Below, piece after piece: positions 1 to 9,107 of a stretch of DNA of 64,000 nt (the stretch's first letter is position 1; every line of letters begins with the position of its first letter). Both the position numbers and the translations under genes were made by a program. The DNA lies in IMG/VR virus record IMGVR_UViG_3300025112_005926; one strand, written 5' to 3'. This DNA is from an uncultured virus (IMG/VR IMGVR_UViG_3300025112_005926). Taxonomy: Duplodnaviria > Heunggongvirae > Uroviricota > Caudoviricetes. Below the pieces are notes generated by a model, which had not been told where the DNA came from, ran no database searches, and saw only the letters and a program-made list of their open reading frames with translations.

Positions 1-2
1 AT

Positions 3-281
3 TACGAGGCTGTAATGGCTACTGGTGGAGAGTTCCTCTCTATCTGCTCTAACTGGTCGAAGAATGTTGAAGTGCTCGCTCAGGCATCCTTAGAGGGCTT
101 GCTTGACTTCGAGCTATCAGATACGCCAGCGCCAGACAGCATTGTCGTTAAGGTGGATGGAGCAACTTGGTTAGCAGATTGGCATTACGATGCCGGAACA
201 AACAGTATCATTTTTGATACGGAGGTTACACAAGGTGCCTCTGTTGAAGTTGAATACGGAAAATTAGTGGAGTGTGATTAA
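3..281 (+). CDS. C-terminal part of a vWA-domain-like protein (5' truncated by the window)
   Basis: Frame is open from the window start (YEAVMATGGEFLSICSNWS...). The ATGG..SIC..W motif followed by a beta-rich tail (WHYDAGTNSIIF...VEVEY) resembles, from memory, extracellular vWA proteins of Myxococcota/Bdellovibrionota. Confidence 0.5.
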   Translation, partial: YEAVMATGGEFLSICSNWSKNVEVLAQASLEGLLDFELSDTPAPDSIVVKVDGATWLADWHYDAGTNSIIFDTEVTQGASVEVEYGKLVECD

Positions 282-330
282 AATGAAAATAACAAAGAAA
301 CAACTTAAACAGATTATCAAGGAAGAACTT
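278..330 (+). repeat. Leader-module direct repeat, copy 1
   Basis: 48/53 nt identical to 804-856 by manual alignment. Confidence 0.85.
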
Positions 331-807
331 GAATTAGTTTTAGAAAAAGATGTTGGAGAAAAAGTTGCGCAAACAGCAGAAAAAATTAAAAACTCTGAGA
401 AAGGTGAGCAAGCAATTCAGCAAGCCCTAAAAGATCCCAAAGTTATTAAGACACTAGAAAAGTTAGTGTCTAAATTGCCCAAAGAATTGACAGAGGATAC
501 TGCGAAAGGCCAGTCATCTTTTGATATGTGGCAGGGCGATCATTCGCCTAGAATAGGAGGGAAAGACATTGGCTCAATGGGAGATGAAAATGTTTTTACA
601 GAACTTTACGAATATGTGGCCGCGGCCGGCGTAGGCGGTTATCTAGGTGTTCTCGGCGCTGGGTTGCTCGGCGCTGCTGCTGCTCCGCTCGGTGCTGCGG
701 CTGTTGCTGGTGCTGGTCTCGCAATGTTACACCACCACCTAGGAGATACCGCAAGATACGGATTTGTAGGGAAAGATAGAAACGAAAAAGAAACAGAGGA
801 AAGTTAA
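283..807 (+). CDS. Hypothetical protein with MKITKKQLKQIIKEE leader and glycine-zipper hydrophobic segment (candidate internal head/ejection protein)
   Basis: ATG at 283 after GGAG; leader shared with the next gene; Gly/Ala-rich segment AAAGVGGYLGVLGAGLLGAAAAPLGAAAVAGAGLAML. Confidence 0.6.
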   Translation: MKITKKQLKQIIKEELELVLEKDVGEKVAQTAEKIKNSEKGEQAIQQALKDPKVIKTLEKLVSKLPKELTEDTAKGQSSFDMWQGDHSPRIGGKDIGSMGDENVFTELYEYVAAAGVGGYLGVLGAGLLGAAAAPLGAAAVAGAGLAMLHHHLGDTARYGFVGKDRNEKETEES

Positions 808-856
808 AATGAAAATAACAAAAGCAAAACTTAAACAGATTATCAAGGAAGAGCTT
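804..856 (+). repeat. Leader-module direct repeat, copy 2
   Basis: 48/53 nt identical to 278-330. Confidence 0.85.
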
Positions 857-1120
857 TCTGCATTGTCGGAAGCGTGGATGCATAGCACCGACCAGGATGA
901 TTGGCGGGGCACTAGTCAGGAAATCAGCACGGATGTAGAAGGCCTGCCTCCGGAGGAGCAAGCAGATCCAGTCGTGGCTGCTATAGCTAAAGTCGAAGAT
1001 CTTCGCGGACTCGTTGAAGTGGGAGACGAAGGGGCTTTAACCGCAATTGATGAGCTTTGGGATCACCTACAGAGTATGCTGACAGTTCCATCAAATGAAG
1101 TTCCTTTGAGCCGTCAGTGA
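809..1120 (+). CDS. Hypothetical acidic protein with MKITKAKLKQIIKEE leader
   Basis: ORF with GAGG RBS; same leader as the upstream gene. Confidence 0.7.
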   Translation: MKITKAKLKQIIKEELSALSEAWMHSTDQDDWRGTSQEISTDVEGLPPEEQADPVVAAIAKVEDLRGLVEVGDEGALTAIDELWDHLQSMLTVPSNEVPLSRQ

Positions 1121-1458
1121 AAGGAATAATCGTATATAACAGCATCATTCCGAAGCTGTTTAGTTGGGTGATAGAAATTTATGCTATCACCCTTTTTCCT
1201 TTTATCTTTATAAGAGACAATGGCGAGGTTGTGACTGAAAACCACGAAAGTATTCACATCGCTCAATACGCCGAGCTTTTTGTTTTTGGATTTTTGTTTT
1301 TATATGTATTCGATTTTCTGAAAGGGCTAATTAAATATAATAATCGCGAAGAAGCCTATAGAATGATTCGCTTCGAACAAGAAGCATTTGAGATGGAAAA
1401 AGATTTAAACTACTTAGATAATAGAGAGAAATTTGCATGGAGGAAGTATCAGGTATGA
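1117..1458 (+). CDS. Small membrane-associated HExxH protein (putative zinc metallopeptidase)
   Basis: AITLFPFIF, NHESIHIAQ (HExxH) and FEQEAF (possible third ligand); GTGA overlap with the upstream stop. Confidence 0.6.
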   Translation: MKGIIVYNSIIPKLFSWVIEIYAITLFPFIFIRDNGEVVTENHESIHIAQYAELFVFGFLFLYVFDFLKGLIKYNNREEAYRMIRFEQEAFEMEKDLNYLDNREKFAWRKYQV

Positions 1459-2045
1459 AACTCCTGCTTGAAAGATGGAACAAGTTCGTTAACGAATCGA
1501 AGCTAGCAGTGTTTGACTTTGATGACACTCTGGCTGTTTCTGATTCAAAGATTATTCTAACCAAAGCATCCGGAGAAGTCATAGAGATGACTCCCGCAGA
1601 ATACAATGTATATGCTCCAGAAGAAGGGGATAGCTTTGATTATTCACAGTTTGAGGATGTCATAAATCCAAAAGAAGTCACACAAATCACTAAGATTATG
1701 ACAAACCATATTGAAAAAGAGAACAGAGATCCGGAGGGAAGAAAGATTGCTGTATTGACTTCTAGAGGGGAAGGCGCGCAGCAAAATATAATTAACTATT
1801 TACAATCTTTAGCCATTGACATGGCAAATGTAGAAGTTATAACTCTTGGAGATTCAGATCCCTATTCCAAGAAAAGCTGGATTGAGGCGGAAGTTCGACA
1901 AGGGGGATTTGATAAGGTTTTGTTCTTTGACGACTCTCAGAAAAACATTGATGCTGTCGGAGAACTAGTCGATGAAATGCCGGAAATTTCAATAAGCGCG
2001 AGACATGTTGAATATTCTGAATTATATAAAGAAACAAATGATTAA
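1455..2045 (+). CDS. HAD-superfamily phosphatase (polynucleotide 3'-phosphatase / RNA-repair-like HAD)
   Basis: HAD motifs DFDDT (I), LTSR (II), K (III), FFDDS..NIDAV (IV); N-terminal MKLLLERWNKFVNE leader; ATGA overlap at 1455. Confidence 0.75.
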   Translation: MKLLLERWNKFVNESKLAVFDFDDTLAVSDSKIILTKASGEVIEMTPAEYNVYAPEEGDSFDYSQFEDVINPKEVTQITKIMTNHIEKENRDPEGRKIAVLTSRGEGAQQNIINYLQSLAIDMANVEVITLGDSDPYSKKSWIEAEVRQGGFDKVLFFDDSQKNIDAVGELVDEMPEISISARHVEYSELYKETND

Positions 2046-2051
2046 AACGAA

Positions 2052-2060
2052 ACTATTTAT
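2052..2060 (+). promoter_or_regulatory. Candidate phage late promoter ACTATTTAT
   Basis: Intergenic copy of the recurring 9-mer, about 35 nt before the ATG at 2095. Confidence 0.6.
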
Positions 2061-2094
2061 ACTAGCACGAATCTGTATTTAGAGGAAAATCGCC

Positions 2095-3900
2095 ATGGCA
2101 GTCAAGGTTTTAATAGGAAAAAAGGCACAATTAAGTAAAAAAGAGGCATTAAATGAAGGAATTGGTTCTACTTTTAAGGTTTTCTGGAATGAATTGGTAG
2201 GTGGCGTAAATCCTCAAGAATTAGGTGACAATGGATTGGTCACATTAGGTCTTTCTGGTAATCCCGGATTCAAGGCGGCGCTTGGCGCTGCTGATGGCAC
2301 TAGGGTGATGGTTTATGATATTGTTCGAGCATATGCGGCGCATGCATTTGCAGGAGGTAATCTTCAGAGTTCAAGAGAAGATTATATAAAAAAAACCATC
2401 AGTGGCTTGTGGGGCTTGTCAGGCAAAACAGACTCAAAATCGAGGCAACAGTATCATAACTGGGTTGATTATCTCGCCTCACAAAATGCAAGAAGGGCTG
2501 CCGATAGTTCCGTATCCGCTACCGAAGCGGAGGCTGTCGAGACAGTTGAGGCGGAGGCGGAAACTGTTTCAACTGATCCCATTAGCGCACCACCGACACC
2601 TGTTACAGGTGGCGCGCCGGTGACGGGCGGTGAGCCAACCGGTGTCGTTGAACCTGTCGAAGAGCCAGAGGAAGAGCCGGAAACCGGAGAAGAAGAAGCC
2701 GAAGTTGAAGGCGGAGAAGAGGCTGAAGCCGGCGAAGAAACTGAAGAAGAGGCTGAAGCTGAAGAGGATAGCAAGAAAGAAACTTTTTCAGAAAAAGATT
2801 GTTCTGAGTTATTTGACATCGAAGATCCGGCTATTAAAAAGTTACTAGACAAAGCAAAAGCAGATAACACCATTAGAGGAAAGGTTGCTGAAATAGGTCG
2901 CGACATTTCATTGTCTACCGACGCTGTAACGCTGTCTATGATCGGGCTAACTGTCGCTTTCCCACCGGCAGTGGGTGCGGCTGGGATAGTGGGTGGAGTC
3001 TCATTTACCGCTGGTCGTGTTGCGTCGGCCATTGCCGTTATTTTTGATCTTTTAAATGGAGAACCGAAACAAGCCTTGTGGGATTCAATTGGTATGTTCG
3101 GTGGTGGCAGTTTTTCCAAGAGCGGTGCGGCGGTGTCGGCGAAGGCAGCAGAAAAGACCGCGGTTAAAGTAGCAGATAAGACTCTGGCAAAAGGAATTGA
3201 AAAGACCGCAGCAAAAGGAATTGAAAAGACCGCAGCAAAAGGAATTGAAAAGACCGCAGCGAAGGCAATTGAAAAAGGCGCTACTGATGTTGCAGGCGCG
3301 GCAGGCGTTCGAGCAGTCAAAAATGCTGTTGCTGGCGCGGCTGCAAAGGCTGCGAAGATGGAGGCAAATCTGGCAAAGAAGCTTGTTGGTATGGGTATGT
3401 CTGAGGAACTGGCTGATTCACTGTCGAAAGCAATAATGATCAAAGCAAGGGATAAGCTGCAAGAAAAATTGAATAAAATGTTTGGGGGCATGCCGAATCC
3501 ATCCGATTTCGATTCTGACGAGGAATATAAAAAAGCCGCTTCTAGTCATTACAAGGAACAAAAAAAGGAGTCAGATAAGATCTTTAAGACATGTTTTTCT
3601 GGCGATGAAGGCACAATTTCGAAAACTATTAAAAGCTTTTTAGATTGGATCCATGATTGGGTTGATGAAGTGCCTAGATGGCTGGGAGATGCAGTCGGCT
3701 GGGTCATTGACACAAAGGATGCTATTATGGGAGACGACGAAGAAGAGGCTGGTGGCGAAGAGAAAGAGTCAGAAAAAGAGCGACAAGAAAAAGAAGGCGC
3801 GTTTTATGAATCAAAGTCTTGGCGGGAGAAAAAGAGTTTATATTTAGAGCATGTCGAAAATGAACTTATCAAGAGGGCGATAAAAAATGGAAGAAATTAA
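2095..3900 (+). CDS. 601-aa hypothetical protein, paralog of the next gene; acidic linker and hydrophobic hairpin (candidate ejection/internal protein)
   Basis: N-terminal ~115 aa match the next ORF (LGDNGL.TLG.SGNP.FK.ALG.ADG..VMVYD...YAAHAF...QQYHNWVDYLASQNA); hydrophobic stretch VTLSMIGLTVAFPPAVGAAGIVGGVSF. Confidence 0.7.
   Translation: MAVKVLIGKKAQLSKKEALNEGIGSTFKVFWNELVGGVNPQELGDNGLVTLGLSGNPGFKAALGAADGTRVMVYDIVRAYAAHAFAGGNLQSSREDYIKKTISGLWGLSGKTDSKSRQQYHNWVDYLASQNARRAADSSVSATEAEAVETVEAEAETVSTDPISAPPTPVTGGAPVTGGEPTGVVEPVEEPEEEPETGEEEAEVEGGEEAEAGEETEEEAEAEEDSKKETFSEKDCSELFDIEDPAIKKLLDKAKADNTIRGKVAEIGRDISLSTDAVTLSMIGLTVAFPPAVGAAGIVGGVSFTAGRVASAIAVIFDLLNGEPKQALWDSIGMFGGGSFSKSGAAVSAKAAEKTAVKVADKTLAKGIEKTAAKGIEKTAAKGIEKTAAKAIEKGATDVAGAAGVRAVKNAVAGAAAKAAKMEANLAKKLVGMGMSEELADSLSKAIMIKARDKLQEKLNKMFGGMPNPSDFDSDEEYKKAASSHYKEQKKESDKIFKTCFSGDEGTISKTIKSFLDWIHDWVDEVPRWLGDAVGWVIDTKDAIMGDDEEEAGGEEKESEKERQEKEGAFYESKSWREKKSLYLEHVENELIKRAIKNGRN
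3187..3282 (+). repeat. In-frame 24-bp tandem repeat (3 perfect copies + 1 degenerate) encoding AKGIEKTA
   Basis: GCAAAAGGAATTGAAAAGACCGCA at 3187, 3211 and 3235; degenerate copy at 3259. Confidence 0.95.
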
Positions 3901-5446
3901 CGAAGGTATTGCTGATGCCTTTAAAGCAGCGCTACGCGCTTCGGGGGTTTTAGACATTGACCCTAACCATCTCGGCGACAATGGGTTGGCGACACTGGGA
4001 AAGTCTGGAAATCCGAGATTTAAAAGCGCTTTAGGTTCCGCTGATGGCAGCGATGTCATGGTGTATGATGTTATAATGCTGTATGCCGCTCATGCATTTA
4101 GATCCGGCGGCGGGGAGCTTGAAAAATCACAAGCACAATATTTAAAAAAGGTCACAAAAGGCTTATACACCCTGTGGAAGAAGAAAGATGACAAGTCTAT
4201 GCAGCAGTATCATAACTGGGTCGACTATCTTGCGTCACAAAATGCATCAAGGGCAGGCACGGGCTTGGGAAGCAAAGTAAGCATGAGCCAAGAGGAGCTA
4301 GAGACGATGCTGGCAACAGCCGGTGAAGCTGGTCGTAAAGCTGGCGCCGAAGCTGGAGAAGCTAAAGCGCATGCGGAAGTGCGAGACATGATGGCGAAAA
4401 AGTATCCAGAGGTAGCCAAGGCGCTTGCCGCGGCGGACACCGATGAGGAGCGAGCTGCTATATTGAAGAAACATCCGGAGGCTGCCGAGGATATAAAGAA
4501 GATGAGTTCTCGTGAAGCAGAAGCAGGTGAAGCAGAAGCAGGAGCCGAAGAGGCAGGAGCCGAAGAGGCAGGAGCCGAAGAGACAGGGGAAACGATTGTT
4601 CACCTGTATAGCAAACCTCCTGGTGGTGGAAAGTCTCTCGACACGGTGTTTAAAAAATATAATATCAACGATAGAGTAACAAAATCAATAATCGATTCGA
4701 TTGCCGCGCAACTTAAAGTTAACGGAGTTACCGTTAAAGAAGGAAAGGAAATGGATTTTCTGGTTAGTGAAGTTGTGGCGCTAATGGAGGGGGTTTCAAG
4801 GGCAGAAAAGGCGAGACGGAAGGTGGCGGCGAAGAAGGAGATAGAGAGGAGGAAGAAGGCGGCGGCGAAGAAAGCAGCTTCGGCGCCGAAGGCGAAGAGC
4901 GAAAAGCCAAAATCTTCTTCAGCGAGGGCGACATCTACGAAGCCTGAAAGCGGTGGCAGATCTGGTGGCAGGAGGAAGCAGCCAAGCAACGCTTGGAAAA
5001 AGAGGGGTCATGCGCTTGGGACGGAATGGACATGGGGTCATCCCTCGACTAAAGACATGAGTTTAAGCCAATGGAAGAAAAAGATCGAGAAAAGAGAAAA
5101 AGAAGGAAAGATAAGTGGTATGAAGAGAAAACGGGATCGGTTGGAAACGAAACAGTATATGGATATACTGGATGATGTTAAGGCGCAAGTTGCTCGACAT
5201 GGCAGGGCGAAAAAAGGCAGACTTAATGTTGGGCCACTGATAGGCAATGCATTGAAGGCGGGCGGATATGAAAAAGATGTTCGAAATAAGTTAGCAAGAA
5301 TTATAAAAAAAGCATTTAAAGCTAAAGCGGAAAAACTCGGCATTAGACTAACGGAATCTAAAATTAATTCTCTTACCGAGGAAGCCGTTACTACCCTATT
5401 GGCAAAAAGAGTTCTTGAAAGGATTGATTCGGATGGCATGCTTTAA
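3887..5446 (+). CDS. 519-aa hypothetical protein, paralog of the previous gene; Lys/Arg-rich C-terminal half
   Basis: Shared N-terminal domain; basic low-complexity region (KKAAAKKAASAPKAK) suggests nucleic-acid binding. Confidence 0.7.
   Translation: MEEINEGIADAFKAALRASGVLDIDPNHLGDNGLATLGKSGNPRFKSALGSADGSDVMVYDVIMLYAAHAFRSGGGELEKSQAQYLKKVTKGLYTLWKKKDDKSMQQYHNWVDYLASQNASRAGTGLGSKVSMSQEELETMLATAGEAGRKAGAEAGEAKAHAEVRDMMAKKYPEVAKALAAADTDEERAAILKKHPEAAEDIKKMSSREAEAGEAEAGAEEAGAEEAGAEETGETIVHLYSKPPGGGKSLDTVFKKYNINDRVTKSIIDSIAAQLKVNGVTVKEGKEMDFLVSEVVALMEGVSRAEKARRKVAAKKEIERRKKAAAKKAASAPKAKSEKPKSSSARATSTKPESGGRSGGRRKQPSNAWKKRGHALGTEWTWGHPSTKDMSLSQWKKKIEKREKEGKISGMKRKRDRLETKQYMDILDDVKAQVARHGRAKKGRLNVGPLIGNALKAGGYEKDVRNKLARIIKKAFKAKAEKLGIRLTESKINSLTEEAVTTLLAKRVLERIDSDGML
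4538..4582 (+). repeat. In-frame 15-bp tandem repeat x3 (AGAEE)
   Basis: GCAGGAGCCGAAGAG at 4538, 4553 and 4568. Confidence 0.9.
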
Positions 5447-5948
5447 GCTGATTGATAATTCTGAAGATGGTCGAGATTTATCTGAGGTTATAACTCTGAT
5501 TAAGAACTTTTTACCTTTTGCTCAGGAGAAACTAGGATTTGATAAGCCAGTTTCAATTGAACTTAAGACAAATCCCGAAAATGGTCAAAATATATTGGGG
5601 AAAACAGGATATTATAACCCAGAAGAATCACATATAGCAGTATTTACTGACTATAGACACCCAAAAGACATGCTGCGCTCTATTGCTCATGAGCTTGTTC
5701 ATCACACACAGAATTGCCGCGGCGATTTTGATCAAGGAATAAAAACGGATGCAGGATATGCCCAAAAAAATTCACATTTGAGGGGCATGGAAAAAGAAGC
5801 ATATGAAAAAGGAAATATATGCTTTCGAGACTGGGAAGACAATTATAAACATGATTTGGAAACTAATTATAGTCAAGCTCCTATGCTCAATGAGCAGAGG
5901 AACGCTGAATTAAACCGGCTTTTAATGAAAAAGTTTAAACTAATCTAG
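5433..5948 (+). CDS. Putative zinc metallopeptidase (HExxH)
   Basis: RHPKDMLRSIAHELVHHTQ with downstream MEKEAY; ATG at 5433 preferred to TTG at 5415. Confidence 0.7.
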   Translation: MACFKLIDNSEDGRDLSEVITLIKNFLPFAQEKLGFDKPVSIELKTNPENGQNILGKTGYYNPEESHIAVFTDYRHPKDMLRSIAHELVHHTQNCRGDFDQGIKTDAGYAQKNSHLRGMEKEAYEKGNICFRDWEDNYKHDLETNYSQAPMLNEQRNAELNRLLMKKFKLI

Positions 5949-5957
5949 GAGTAAGAT

Positions 5958-8243
5958 ATGGGCGGAGTCGCTGGCCACTTGAGCCACTTATATGATAATC
6001 GAGGCATGACTGCCAACAAAGTCAAGAAAATTTTATCATTAGCTTCAGCCGGCGAATTAGTCGGCACAGAAAAGACTGATGGCTATAACATCTATCTTGG
6101 CTTCCGTGATGGAGAAGCAAGGTATGCCCGAAACAAGGGCGACATGAAAGCCGGTGGCAGAAGGATGTCAGACTTGATGGCGAGAATATTTGCCGGCGGC
6201 GATGCCGTGAAAAATGTCTATATTGACGCATTTACCTCCTTTTCGGAATTTGTAAATCGCCTTCCGGAAGATAGGAAAGCAGGTATTTTTGGAGAGAACG
6301 GAGAAGTCTTCTATAACACCGAAATTCAGGGCCCTGGCGCTGATCAGGTTGTAAACTATGATAACAAAACTCTTTCTATTCACCATGGTGGGCATAAAGT
6401 TTATGATTCGATTAACGACTCTGTTGAGGTTATAGATGCTGAAGCTAATTCAAAAATGCTCGATCAGGCTCTCGACATGGCACTTCAAGATGTCAGCGGG
6501 CAAAGTTTTACAATTAGTAGAACAGCGGTGCTTAAACTCAAGAGATTGGATAGTGATGCCGGTGTTAGAATAGCGGTTGCACAAATGGATAAGGCTGGGT
6601 TCACCGGCAACATGACTATAGATGAATATTTAGAATCCAAAATTAAACCAATCGTTCAAAACAACTTTTCATACTTTGCGCCAGAAACAATTCAATTGAT
6701 GGTTGACAGAATGTTGGATAGGAAAAATGAGGATGGAAGCACCATCAAGCTGACACAAATATATAAAGGTTTCCCAGCCAACCAAAAAGAGGCTATCAGA
6801 GTCGCGGTGAAAGAACAGGCTCCGATGTGGATCAAGCAAGCGATCTTCCCGATTGAAGATGCTATTCATGATTTTGCTGTTGAGATGCTTTCTGGATTGG
6901 AAAGCGCTTATATTTTAGACAATCACAAGCAAGTTGCAGATTTAAAAGCACAAGTAGATGAAGCAATAAGAGAAATTCAAGCGTATGACGGCCCTGGCGC
7001 GGCTGAAGCCAGAGATGTTCTTCTGACTCAAATGAGCAAAATCAAACACCTAGACAAGATTGATACTGTTGTAGAAGGCTTTGTGTTCATACATGATAAC
7101 ACAATGTATAAGTTTACAGGCAACTTTGCGCCGGTTAACCAAATCTTAGGGTTATTCAAGTATGGAAGGGGGAATGTTCCAGCCATCAAGAGAAGCTCCT
7201 CAGAGGCTCCTGGTGAGTCTCAACCAGTTCAAGAGGGTGAGTATGTCAAAAGAACCGTAGCGGTCGTTCCAGGCGCCTTTAAGCCCCCTCACAGGGGGCA
7301 TTTAGAGATGGTGAAGCATTACTCTAATAAAGCTGATCATGTTTATGTGTTTATTAGTAAACTACCAAGAGGTAGTGCTGACAAGGGCGAGGCAAAAGTT
7401 GATTTCGAGCAATCTAAGGCGATCTGGAACCTTTATGTAGAGGCTGCTAGTGGGCTTGGCAATGTTACCGTTATGCAGGAGCCTTCTGAAAATGCTTCGC
7501 CCCTAGGGGCTGCCATTGAGTTTGCTCAAAATGAGGATAACAATCCCAACATGGCTCAGTACGGTGATGAAATAATATTTGCTGCCAGCGACAAGCCAGA
7601 TAGAAAAGGCTGCCCAGATTATGAACGATTCAAGGATGTGGAGAAATATGTTCGAGATGGAGCCACGATGGCGGATACAAAAACCTATGCATGCCCAGTT
7701 TTCGGAGATTATAGCGGCACAACCTTCAGACAGGCTTTGTTTCAGAGAGACATAGACACGATGAAACGATATCTGCCAGACGAGATAGTTAAGGGCGGAA
7801 TGACATCAGATGTTTTAGAGATTCTCAATCTAGAAGCAGAGGAGGTGCCTCTTCATGAGGTCATATTTCGTCTGGTAGAAGAAGTTCTTGATGAGAATAA
7901 AACAAAAGTAAGTAAGGCTGGCCAGAAAAGAGTGTCCAAGAAAATAGGGCACCTGATCGGAGACGAGGGAAAATCTAAGGAGCAGGCGGCAGCCATTGCT
8001 TATTCCATGGAAGAGCGCGGAGAACTCAGCGAAGAAGAGGAGCTTGATGAGGTAACGACGATGGGCGGTGCTGGTGGAGGCAATGGTGGTGTTGAAATTT
8101 CAGGCGGAAAAGGAGGCGGTCCTTTTTCACGGTTTGATCCCAAGAAAGAGAACGAAGACGAAAGAAAGAGAACGAAGACTAATGAAAATAAAGATTTAGT
8201 TGAAGAAACTCTGAACTATTTATTAAATGTAATCAACCAGTAG
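5958..8243 (+). CDS. Fusion of a ligase-like (KxDG) nucleotidyltransferase domain and an HxGH cytidylyl/adenylyltransferase domain
   Basis: EKTDGYN, ARNK, NTEI, VEGFVF and YK resemble ligase motifs I, Ia, III, IV and V; VPGAFKPPHRGH and YSGTTFR mark the HIGH-family NTase; GGAG RBS. Confidence 0.7.
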   Translation: MGGVAGHLSHLYDNRGMTANKVKKILSLASAGELVGTEKTDGYNIYLGFRDGEARYARNKGDMKAGGRRMSDLMARIFAGGDAVKNVYIDAFTSFSEFVNRLPEDRKAGIFGENGEVFYNTEIQGPGADQVVNYDNKTLSIHHGGHKVYDSINDSVEVIDAEANSKMLDQALDMALQDVSGQSFTISRTAVLKLKRLDSDAGVRIAVAQMDKAGFTGNMTIDEYLESKIKPIVQNNFSYFAPETIQLMVDRMLDRKNEDGSTIKLTQIYKGFPANQKEAIRVAVKEQAPMWIKQAIFPIEDAIHDFAVEMLSGLESAYILDNHKQVADLKAQVDEAIREIQAYDGPGAAEARDVLLTQMSKIKHLDKIDTVVEGFVFIHDNTMYKFTGNFAPVNQILGLFKYGRGNVPAIKRSSSEAPGESQPVQEGEYVKRTVAVVPGAFKPPHRGHLEMVKHYSNKADHVYVFISKLPRGSADKGEAKVDFEQSKAIWNLYVEAASGLGNVTVMQEPSENASPLGAAIEFAQNEDNNPNMAQYGDEIIFAASDKPDRKGCPDYERFKDVEKYVRDGATMADTKTYACPVFGDYSGTTFRQALFQRDIDTMKRYLPDEIVKGGMTSDVLEILNLEAEEVPLHEVIFRLVEEVLDENKTKVSKAGQKRVSKKIGHLIGDEGKSKEQAAAIAYSMEERGELSEEEELDEVTTMGGAGGGNGGVEISGGKGGGPFSRFDPKKENEDERKRTKTNENKDLVEETLNYLLNVINQ
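8215..8223 (+). promoter_or_regulatory. Candidate phage late promoter ACTATTTAT
   Basis: Exact motif about 30 nt before the ATG at 8253, inside the 3' end of the upstream gene. Confidence 0.5.
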
Positions 8244-8252
8244 GGTGTCAAA

Positions 8253-9107
8253 ATGAAAATCAGTAGAAAGGAATTTGTCAGGGAGCTTAAAGAAGAAGAG
8301 TTGTTGCGTGAAAATGTAAGAAAAGCAATTCGAATTGTTGTGCACCGACGAAAAGAAGGGGAACGGGCGGAACTCATGGAAGAGAACCGGCTGCGCAGCA
8401 TTGTTCGTAAGATGATCGTCAAGGAGGTTGCGGTGGCAGACACCGATCCGACTCCACACCAGTCAACTGGAATTAATGTTTTGGAGGATCTCCTTAAGAA
8501 AATCATTCCTGTCTTGGAAGATGATTTTAAAATACTTACCACTTCTGAAGATCAGCGCAAATCTTTCAGGGCCCATGTCGTTAATGCGGCGAAGAATACT
8601 TTGGCACCGGCAAAAGCAGCGATTCATGCTGGGGATCCCGCAGAAACAGAAGAGATACAGGAGCAAGATGTTGAAGTTAAAATTGGCGATACCGATGGGC
8701 CGGAAGATGATGATGCATTTATTGATATTCGCAGCGATAAAGAAAAAGCAGGCGACGAAGAGCCAGAATTGTCACCGGAAGAGGAATTTGGTCAAGGAGT
8801 GGATGACCAAGATCTAACAGGTAGGAATATGGCTTACAGCAGTTATAAAAAGATTGAGACAAATATTCTTGATGCATATGAACTTCTTTCAGATGATGAA
8901 GATAGAGAGCTTTTTTATGACTATTTGGTCACAAACCTCAAACTCTATTTTGATAAATTCGAAGATGAATTAGCCGGCCAACTTGAAGAGCCATCCACGC
9001 CTGAGTATGAAGAGGCTAAAGATGATCTAGGTGCAGAAGAGCCGGTTGAGGGAGAAGAGGATCTGGCTGGAGACGAAGAAGAAGAAGAAGTTGAATTTGA
9101 GCTTTAG
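8253..9107 (+). CDS. Highly acidic hypothetical protein with repeated LxE helical N-terminal motifs (candidate head scaffold/internal protein)
   Basis: MKISRKEFVRELKEEELLRENVRKAIR ... LMEENRLRSIVRKMIVKE; D/E-rich body. Confidence 0.65.
   Translation: MKISRKEFVRELKEEELLRENVRKAIRIVVHRRKEGERAELMEENRLRSIVRKMIVKEVAVADTDPTPHQSTGINVLEDLLKKIIPVLEDDFKILTTSEDQRKSFRAHVVNAAKNTLAPAKAAIHAGDPAETEEIQEQDVEVKIGDTDGPEDDDAFIDIRSDKEKAGDEEPELSPEEEFGQGVDDQDLTGRNMAYSSYKKIETNILDAYELLSDDEDRELFYDYLVTNLKLYFDKFEDELAGQLEEPSTPEYEEAKDDLGAEEPVEGEEDLAGDEEEEEVEFEL

Noticed and set aside
3187..3282. 24-bp repeats as a possible CRISPR array
   Set aside because: The copies are head-to-tail with no spacers and in frame within a CDS; no cas1/cas2 is present.
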